This document shows positions 1 to 8,200 of a DNA stretch of 47,775 nucleotides, piece by piece. The DNA lies in assembly GCF_000981445.1 (NCBI RefSeq), contig NW_012237294.1, positions 1 to 47,775 of the forward strand, written 5' to 3'. This stretch comes from Babesia bigemina. Lineage: Eukaryota. Numbering within the stretch: the stretch's first letter is position 1; each line of letters opens with the position of its first letter. Both the position numbers and the translations under genes were made by a program. The notes beneath the pieces are model-generated. The model saw nothing but the letters and a program-made list of their open reading frames with translations. It made no database searches and was not told where the DNA came from.

Positions 1-120
1 CATCGCATCCTCTACCCACTCTACATCAGCCCCGTTTACCCACTCTACATCGCCCGCTTTATCCACCTTACATCGCCCCTTAACCACTCTACACCGCTCC
101 CTAACCCACTCTACATCGCC
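1..120. repeat. End of C-rich ~21-bp minisatellite (CCACTCTACATCGC(C/T)CCT..)
   Basis: Degenerate tandem copies of ccactctacatcgc; same family as 4265-4973 and later arrays. Confidence 0.85.
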
Positions 121-123
121 TTT

Positions 124-777
124 TTAATTACACTTACCATCCCCTTCATCACCTCCATTAACCTTTCTGACTGCCCCGTCACCTAATTTTGCAAAATTTC
201 ATCGTCCCCTAAAAATTGCCTAAATCGTCTCCAAAAAATTACCTTAACCAAACTTGACCAAATTTTTGTCATCTTAATTTCCATCACTTCCCTCTCCTCC
301 CTCTTCACCTTCCTTAACCTCCCCGGTGGCCCTGTCACTTAATTTTGCAAAATTTCATCGACCCCTAAAAAGTGCCTAAATCGCCTCAATAAATTTAACT
401 TAACCGAAGTTGACCAAATTTTGGTTATCTTAATCTCCATCACTTTTCTCACTTCCCTCTCCACCTCCCTTTACCTCCCTGACTGCCCTTTCACCTAATT
501 TTGCAATATTTCTTCGACCCCTAAAAATTGCCTAAATCGCCTCCAAAAAATTACCTTAACCAAACTTGACCAAATTTTTGTCATCTTAATTTCCATCACT
601 TCCCTCTCCTCCCTCTTCACCTTCCTTAACCTCCCCGGTGGCCCTGTCACCTAATTTTGCAATGTTTCTTCGACCCCTGAAAATTGCCTAAATCGCCTCC
701 AAATAATTACCTTAACCGAACTTGACCAAATTTTTGCTACCTTAATCTCCTTCACTTTCCTCCCTTCCCTCTCCACC
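124..777. repeat. 156-bp tandem repeat, ~4 copies, alternating A/B variants
   Basis: TAATTTTGCAA anchors at 184, 340, 496, 652 (period 156); the gactgccc and ggtggccc variants alternate; a further single copy lies at 26033-26178. Confidence 0.9.
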
Positions 778-1116
778 CTCACCACCGCCGCCCGCCGCAA
801 CTACGTCTCCTCCGTCAAGGCGCTCCTCACCGCGTTCGCGGACAAGGTCGGCCAGGAGTTGCGGGAGTTGCCGGCGGAGATTGACAGGGATTTGACGATC
901 GGGTTCAAGGGGTTGATGAAGACGTTGGAGGATGGTAGTACGTCAGCTAAAATTACTGGGAAAGAAAATATTAAGAAACTTAGCGAACTTGCAAATTTGC
1001 CATCTGGCACCGGTGAGCAGAAGAAAAAGGCGTTCAAAAAGTTGTCTGAAAATTTCAACTCATTTTGGAAGCCAATCAACGAATACATTGTCCCAGAAAT
1101 CCCAAGAGAACCTTAA
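778..1116 (+). pseudogene. 5'-truncated ves-like remnant, same frame as ORF 1123-3588 but closed by in-frame TAA (1114-1116)
   Basis: Translates LTTAARRNYVSSVKALLTAFADKVGQELRELPAEIDRDLTIGFKGLM, matching the mid-gene segment of the other copies (e.g. ELHALPDAIDRDLTVGFKGFM in gene 2). Confidence 0.8.
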
Positions 1117-1122
1117 GAAATC

Positions 1123-3588
1123 ATGCTACAAAGAAATCCACCAGTTCTAGTCGGCGACAGGGATCCACATCATTATGCCGACAATCTTGCCAAAGTTCAA
1201 CAAAAATTGGATGACCTTCTTAACCATCTTAAAAATGTCCCTGATGATAGAAAATACCTCTATGATAATAAATTCACCTCCCTCCTCACCACCCTCTCCT
1301 CCTCCCTCCACCTCCTCACCCCCTCCCACTTCGCCAACCCCCGGCACCCGGAGCTGCTCGATGCGGTCAGAGCGGGGCTGGAGGGGTTTGTCGAGCAGAT
1401 GGAGCGGGTGTATGTGAACGGGTATGATGGGCATGAGGAGAGCATTAATATTGATAAATTAGTTATAGATGGAAGTAATAACGACAAGAAATTGACGGAT
1501 GACGGCCGAAATTTGTCGAAGGTATTTTTGACCATCATGAACACTATTTACGACGATCTTCACAAATTGCATTTCGAGTGCGAGCATTACTGGAAAGATA
1601 ACAAACTTTGCGAAACACAAAAGGAGAAAGACAATCCGCTCGGTTTATACCTTAAACGATGTGGTTACACAGTCGCCAAGAAAGAGACATCCAAGGACGG
1701 CGAATCGCAATGTAAGACAGGTGTCACTGGTGGAGTAATATTCAGTAAGCTTGTAGCAACCACTGCAAGCACATCCGGTACGTACAAACTTATTGATATC
1801 ACCGAAAGTATTGCAACTCACCTCAACAACTACAACGACGTATGCCACCTATCCACATTAACATCTAAAAGGCACCCATGTTCAGTCTACGAAATGCTCT
1901 GTTGGCTGACCGGACTCCCGCATAATCCGGCATATTTGTCGTTGCGCGCTGACGCTCTACCGTCATTGATGCAGTCAGATAAGCCAACGACGGATAAGGA
2001 TGACGACATCGACATAGACTTCTATGACCACACGTCGCTATACATTGATACCTACCCCAAAAGGACAACATACAGCGATATCGATACGCTGATAGAATAC
2101 CTGTGCTCTCGATCATATGATGTAATAACGTGTATCGCTGGCACTGGAGACGCTGAAACGGTCTATGGCAGTGACTTTTGCAACAACGCCATAAGATTGC
2201 ATTATCCGCAAAACGGTAGCGATTGTCTTGACATGTTGCTCGACATTCTGCGTCGATTGTTCTTACCGCTTAAATTCTTGCAGCGGCAGTGCGGCGTAAG
2301 CGTATTGTACAATGGTTGGCGCCAATGTTACTACGGTAGAGACGTCTCCACAGCCAACTGGCCGTGCAAAGAGCATTCTAGGTCAGAACCTAAGTGCGAG
2401 TCAAATTGTCAAGCAAAGTGCGAACCAAATTGCCAAGCAAAATCACCACTAATGAGCTACCTAAACGACTGTCTCCCGGGTCATTTACCGCATCAGCTGA
2501 CCAAAATAGGTTGCAAAGTTGAGTGCTCCACGTGCAGTGCTAGCAAACCAGGAATGCCTTGCTTGACTCCCCTAGGTTTCAAAGGTTTTTCAGGAAGCAA
2601 CCGTGCAGGTACAGACATATGGGACGTCCTTGATAAATGGGTCAATATACACCATTTCAAAGACATATTCTGCCTCAATACAAAGACGCCTTCATCGTTA
2701 CCAGAACACTTCGGTTTTGCTTTGTCTCTTGCTAAGAACCTTAATGATAGCTACACGACGCAAAGCAATAGCATGGAAACCGTTAATGATAAGTTCAAAG
2801 GCGCCATGAAAAGTGTGTCTATGAAGCTGTATTCCGATCCATCCAAACTTACGCAAGCTGTGACAAACGCATATGGCGCGACGTCAATTAGACATTCCGA
2901 TTGCAGTCAACATCTCATGAACCTTACACGTGATGGAATATGCGCGGATGCAGGAGTGTACTGCGCTCCGTTCCTCTACTCACTATGCAGCGATTACTGT
3001 ACCTACCGCCGTAGAAAGCATGCTGGCACATACCTTTCCTGGGCAGTGTACCTACCATGGAACCTATGGAACTATCTAAGAAGTCTTTACGACGAATTCT
3101 GTGATATTGTATGCAAGAACTGGGGATGCCGGTCGTGTTTGAACAGCGATACCTGCAAGCCTGGAGAGCATGGCATTTTGGACAAGTCGTGCAAATGTTC
3201 CACTGTTGTAGACTGCGGAGGTGTGTCCCCTACCCTTTACAAATACGGCTTCGTATTCGGCAACGCTGGAAACCTGAAGGTACACAAAAACACATGTTTC
3301 CAATTGCGTACTCAATTAATGAATGTTTTAAAATCATCATATTTCACTGACCTGTTCAACGAGTGCGACGAATTCATATTCACCATCCGCGCTCCCTTCT
3401 TCTGGACCACCGTAGCCCTCTGGCTCCTGTCTCTGTTGTACCTCATCCACATCATGGTCATCCGCCTCGACCTGCTCCACATCAAATCGCATTTGCATAG
3501 TCCCTCGAGTCATCGTATAGCTGCTCAATCACTACTCGCCGCTGCACGTGTTAACAAGCTTAACAGGGTGTTTTATCTGCAGCCTTAA
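1123..3588 (+). CDS. ves: ves/VESA-like variant surface antigen, C-terminal half only (gene 1; likely truncated/pseudogenic), tail ARVNKLNRVFYLQP
   Basis: 821-codon ORF with PCSVYEMLCWLTGLP, KSPLMSYLNDCLPGHLPH, TPLGFKGF, TM FFWTTVALWLLSLLYLIHIMVI and the conserved tail. Confidence 0.85.
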   Translation: MLQRNPPVLVGDRDPHHYADNLAKVQQKLDDLLNHLKNVPDDRKYLYDNKFTSLLTTLSSSLHLLTPSHFANPRHPELLDAVRAGLEGFVEQMERVYVNGYDGHEESINIDKLVIDGSNNDKKLTDDGRNLSKVFLTIMNTIYDDLHKLHFECEHYWKDNKLCETQKEKDNPLGLYLKRCGYTVAKKETSKDGESQCKTGVTGGVIFSKLVATTASTSGTYKLIDITESIATHLNNYNDVCHLSTLTSKRHPCSVYEMLCWLTGLPHNPAYLSLRADALPSLMQSDKPTTDKDDDIDIDFYDHTSLYIDTYPKRTTYSDIDTLIEYLCSRSYDVITCIAGTGDAETVYGSDFCNNAIRLHYPQNGSDCLDMLLDILRRLFLPLKFLQRQCGVSVLYNGWRQCYYGRDVSTANWPCKEHSRSEPKCESNCQAKCEPNCQAKSPLMSYLNDCLPGHLPHQLTKIGCKVECSTCSASKPGMPCLTPLGFKGFSGSNRAGTDIWDVLDKWVNIHHFKDIFCLNTKTPSSLPEHFGFALSLAKNLNDSYTTQSNSMETVNDKFKGAMKSVSMKLYSDPSKLTQAVTNAYGATSIRHSDCSQHLMNLTRDGICADAGVYCAPFLYSLCSDYCTYRRRKHAGTYLSWAVYLPWNLWNYLRSLYDEFCDIVCKNWGCRSCLNSDTCKPGEHGILDKSCKCSTVVDCGGVSPTLYKYGFVFGNAGNLKVHKNTCFQLRTQLMNVLKSSYFTDLFNECDEFIFTIRAPFFWTTVALWLLSLLYLIHIMVIRLDLLHIKSHLHSPSSHRIAAQSLLAAARVNKLNRVFYLQP

Positions 3589-3710
3589 TCGTACTCACGT
3601 GTTCACTATCTACACTCACCTAGCATATCACCTACTCACCTATACAACTAATTGTTGTCTAATGTTCTGTATCACTCATTAATCGTTGTATGTGATTGTG
3701 TAGTAGTTAA
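3589..3710 (+). promoter_or_regulatory. Conserved ves 3' flank (putative 3' UTR), rich in ACTCAC/TCAC motifs
   Basis: Closely similar ~120-bp block also follows the stop codons at 10779, 18270, 24676 and 37478; related versions follow 28440, 34704, 44717. Confidence 0.65.
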
Positions 3711-4265
3711 CTAAAGTGCTGACCAACGTGTTGACCGACGTGCTGACCAACGCCATGACCAGAGTGGTGACCAATGTGCTGACCAATGCATTGACCAACG
3801 AGGTGACCATAGCAACTGACCAGAGTGGTGACCAAAGTGTTGACCAAGGTGCTGACCAATGTGCTGACCAGAGTGGTGACCAATGTGCTGACCAATGTGC
3901 TGACCAATGCCATGACCAGAGTGCTGACCAAAGTGGCGACCAACGTGCTGACCAATGTGCTGACCAACGTGCTGACCAATGCTGTAGCTAAAGTGTTGAC
4001 CAATGTGGTGACCAACGTGTTGACCAACGTGCTGACCAACGTGTTGACCAACGTGCTGACCAAGATGCTGACCAAGGGCTGACCATGTGCTGACCAAAGT
4101 GGTGACCAATGTGCTGACCAATGCCATGAACAGATGCTGACCAAAGTGGCGACCAACGTGCTGACCATGTGCTGACAAAAGTGGTGACCAAAGTGCTGAC
4201 CAATGCATGACCCAGCCCTGACCCAAAGCTGACCAAGGGCTGACCAATGCTGACCAAGGGGTGAC
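3711..4265. repeat. 12-bp minisatellite (GTGCTGACCAAN family)
   Basis: Tandem variants gtgctgaccaat/gtggtgaccaaa/gtgttgaccaac/gccatgaccaga. Confidence 0.95.
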
Positions 4266-4973
4266 TACATCGCTCCTCTATCCACTCTACATCGCCCCTT
4301 TATCCACTCTACATCGCTCCTCTATCCACTCTACATCGCCCCTTTACCCACTCTACATCGCCCCTTTACCCACTCCACATCGCTCCTTTACCCACTCTTC
4401 ATCGCCCCTTAGTCCACTCTACATCGCTCCCTAACCCACTCTACATCGCTCCCTAACCCACTCTACATCGCTCCCTAATCCACTCCACATCGCTCCCTAA
4501 TCCACTCTACATCGCTCCCTAACCCACTCTACATCGCTCCCTTAACCTACTCTACATCGCTCCTTAACCCACTCTACATCGCCCCTTAACCCACTCCACA
4601 TCGCTCCTTAACCCACCTTACATCGCCCCTTTATCCACTCCACATCGCTCCTTAACCCACTCTACATCGCTCCTTAACCCACTCTACATCGCCCCTTAAC
4701 CCACTCCACATCGCTCCTTATCCACTCCACATCGCTCCTTTACCCACTCTACATCGCCCCTTAACCCACTCCACATCGCTCCTCTATCCACTCTACATCG
4801 CTCCCTAATCCACCTTACATCGCCCCTTTATCCACTCTACATCGCCCCTTAACCCACTCTACATCGCTCCCTAACCCACTCCACATCGCCCCTTTATCCA
4901 CTCTACATCGCTCCCTAACCCACTCCACATCGCCCCTTATCCACTCCACATCGCCCCTTATCCACTCTACATC
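4265..4973. repeat. C-rich 21-22-bp minisatellite
   Basis: Tandem ccactc(t/c)acatcgc(t/c)cc(c)t(t/a)a(c/t) with +/-1 length variants. Confidence 0.95.
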
Positions 4974-5168
4974 CCTCGAATCACCTCGCCATATTACCGC
5001 TATGACCTCTATTAACCATCCTAATAACTTGTGCCTTGTCACCCTTCACTTCCCTTCTTCCACCTCTTGCCACTGCCATGTCCCATCATGTTCACCTTAA
5101 CTCCAAATCTCTCGAATTACTTCGCCTTATTAATGCTATGACCTCTGTAAACCTTAATAATAACTTGT
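4971..5168 (+). promoter_or_regulatory. Conserved ves leader motif, two tandem copies (ATGs at 5002 and 5138)
   Basis: ctcgaattacctcgccatattaccgctATGacctct..aaccatcctaataacttgt consensus recurs in front of genes 2, 3, 4, 6 and 7. Confidence 0.7.
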
Positions 5169-5211
5169 TGATGCCGACCATTCTCTTACTGACGATGCTA
5201 CTAGAAGAGCC

Positions 5212-8200
5212 TTGAATGACATTGAGTCCAAGCTCATTAGCCTTGGTCACCTGGCTGGGCAACTTGGGAGTTTCATTGGTGAGAGTGAGAGTGTTAAGAA
5301 AGCCGTTAAGAATGCTATTATCGCTTGTTTCGACACTAATCCAGACCTTAAAAATGACCTAAAAGATGATTACTCTTCTCTTGTTACTAACCTTTCTGAG
5401 TCTGTCAAGTCTGCTGGCAAGCCTGTTGACACCGAGAAAATTAGGGAGCTTAGTGAGCAAATTAAGAAAGATATTCAGCTTACTGAAGAGACAATTAAGA
5501 AGCTTGAATCACCTAAAATTAACTCTCCTCCTTCCCCCTCTCCCTCTGCTGAGCTAGACAAATTGCAGTCCAAGTTGGAGGCTTTGCAGAAAGTGAAGAA
5601 GCTTTGTGAATTTTTGACTAATCCTAAGAATCAACAAAATGAGCCTAAAAATATCCTTGTTAACCTCTGTACTGGCCTCGAAAGCTTCCTCGGCTTCAAC
5701 TCTGCTTCCAAAGGCTACGATGGCAGTGGCATTGTGTACTCCGACCTGGACAGGCTGTGTGACGCGGTGATGGGATTTTTGTATCATATGCTTAAGGATG
5801 TCAGCGAGAAACAGCCTTACAGTGTGGGTAAAACAATACTAAATGACATTGTTACTGAGCTTGGAAAAAGATTATCCACCGGGCGTGAGGGTTTTATGGT
5901 CATTGCGCAGGTGGCGGAGAGGGTGCGGGAGTATAATGAGAGGGTTAGGAAGGGGAATGATATTGTCAAGAACAAAATTGTTAAATTCGACGGACAAATG
6001 AAAGAGCTAAAATCAACGGTAAGTAAAATTTTAAATGATCATTCTGCTGCAGATCATGTCGAGGAGGTCGAGGCGGCCGAGACGTCAATTTGGACAATGG
6101 TGCATGAGTTCGTTGGCAACAGCGAGACGTTTGAGGAAAACATGAACAATGCGCATAAATACATTTTAGACTTGAACTCTAATTTACGTGATAAAGTTTT
6201 TATTGCTCAAAACAATATTGTCAATGAACGTGATAGGCTGAGTAAGTTGTCCGCTAAAGAGTGGGAAGACTTCAAGGCTATGAAAATAATTATTGATAAA
6301 GCTCTGAATAATCTCAGAGACGATGTTAAGGCGGAGATTGCCGAAAAAGTGGACAAGCTTGTGGAGCAGTTGAAAGCTGCGGTGAGGAATATATCGAATC
6401 AGCTTAGAAAGCTTAATGTATTATTAAAGGAGTATGTTATAGAGCTGCATAAGTGGATCAAGCATGCTCAGGAAATTGTAAAAACGGCGTCGCAACTGTT
6501 AAGGGTAATTAAAGATGAAGTAATTGATCCAGATGGCACAGCAACTAACGGCAAGAAAAATCTCGATAATGCTATTCGTAAGATGAACAGTTCGTTGGAA
6601 AAAAAAGCTTCCGAGTTGGAAACGTGGAAGCTGGCTGCTGGTAGCCTTGTTAAGCAAGCTGGGCTGAGGTGTACGGAGATTGCGCATAAAGTGAAGACTA
6701 AAGAAGCAGATTCCGATAAAATATATAAACAAGTTGACATATTGAAGCAAAAAACAATAAGGCTATTACGGGCGTACCAATCCGTCCATGGAACTGTTGA
6801 CAGTTTGGAGGTCAATATTAAGGGAGCGTTGTCCGATTTGGAAGGCAAGATTCAAGAAGATTTGCATACAATCAAAACCAAAATAAAAGTGGCATTGAAA
6901 ACAGTTGTAAACGCTTTTAAAGGCGGAATTGAAAAGGCTGCGCAAATTGATGGTTCTGACAATGCTGCATCCCTTATTCAAGATTTCTATTATTATATGG
7001 ATGACAGGAAATCAAACTTGTATAAGTGGGCGGAAAATTCTCAGAATGCCGGTGGGCTGAGTAGTGCCCTTGAAGAGTTAGCTAGGGCTTTTCCGGTTAA
7101 ACACTTAGGCCCATTGAAAACATTTTTGGGGAAATTTCCCAGCTTTGAGGCAAGCGTATACGGTGAACAGAAAACCTTCTTTACAGCCATCATCGATGAT
7201 CTCGACGGTAAGGTGGATGAGCAATTGCAGCAACAGGGCAGAGGAAATAGGGTCCAACTCAAGGTACTAAATAATTATATTCAAGAGAAGGAGCGAAAAT
7301 CATCTGGGAAAAGCCGTTATCAGCAGTTGCTTGAAAACGCTCCCAAGGCGCTAGACGGGTTCAAGAACATGACTGAATTTGGTGAACAACAGGGGCCACT
7401 TGGTGAAGGCACCATCAACGGAGCTGAAAGAGCTGTAATTAAGCACTTCACGGATGTCACCGCCCAACTTAACGACATTGCCGGAATGATTGACAGCAAC
7501 ACAAAGACACAAGTTGGAAGTTATGACACCAAGGACGGCATCAAGCAGCGATTGGATGATCTGCAAAAGATTATCACCATGTCAGAATCCGTATCACTTG
7601 ATTCCAATTTAGATGATAGCATCTTAAGCTCTGTGCAGGGTTTGGCGCTGATCAAAACACAACTACAAGGGCTGAGAGACACAGATGTGCTCGACATCAG
7701 CAACAAACTTATTGCCTTATGCAACGTTATCACCAACGCCGCAGATGGCGTCGAAACCAATTTGAAGAACTTAAGCGATGTGCAAATTGCTAAGCAACTA
7801 GAGAGCATCAAAGATAAAATTCATGATCTGCAAAACATTAATTTGGAAAAGGTCATTAGAGCAGCCGACAGCTTCGTCAGTCAAGAGGCTGGCTTACTGG
7901 GCGAGAAATATGTAAGACAAATCAAGGACTTCGTTGACGAAAGAGTGTCGTTAGCCATAGCTGATTTGACACATCACGCACGGAAAGATTACGTCACCAC
8001 CATGAAATTGGTACTAGACCAATTCGCCTTCAAAGTCACCACCGAACTCCATGCCCTCCCTGATGCCATCGATCGCGACTTAACCGTAGGCTTCAAGGGC
8101 TTCATGAAAGAATTCTACGGCGATGAAAGTGGAAGCAATATTAACAAACTTCAAAAGGTCACTGATGAAAAGGACATCAGCGTACTGTCCTTCGCCTTCA

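Noticed and set aside
3707..4257. ORFs such as VLTN/VSTL/GQHV/DQSA repeats over the 12-bp arrays (also 10887, 18378, 24791-25516, 37592-38065, 46953-47259)
   Set aside because: By-products of a 12-bp period; open in several frames and on both strands, with no conserved start or stop
4265..4973. 21-bp array as a true telomere or chromosome end
   Set aside because: Internal, repeated in every spacer, and the CCCTAA-like motif is only part of a longer unit
5212..8000. Coiled-coil N-terminal halves suggesting bacterial Ebh/SMC/myosin-like proteins
   Set aside because: Low-complexity helical composition only; the C-terminal Cys-rich, TM and tail motifs point to the ves family
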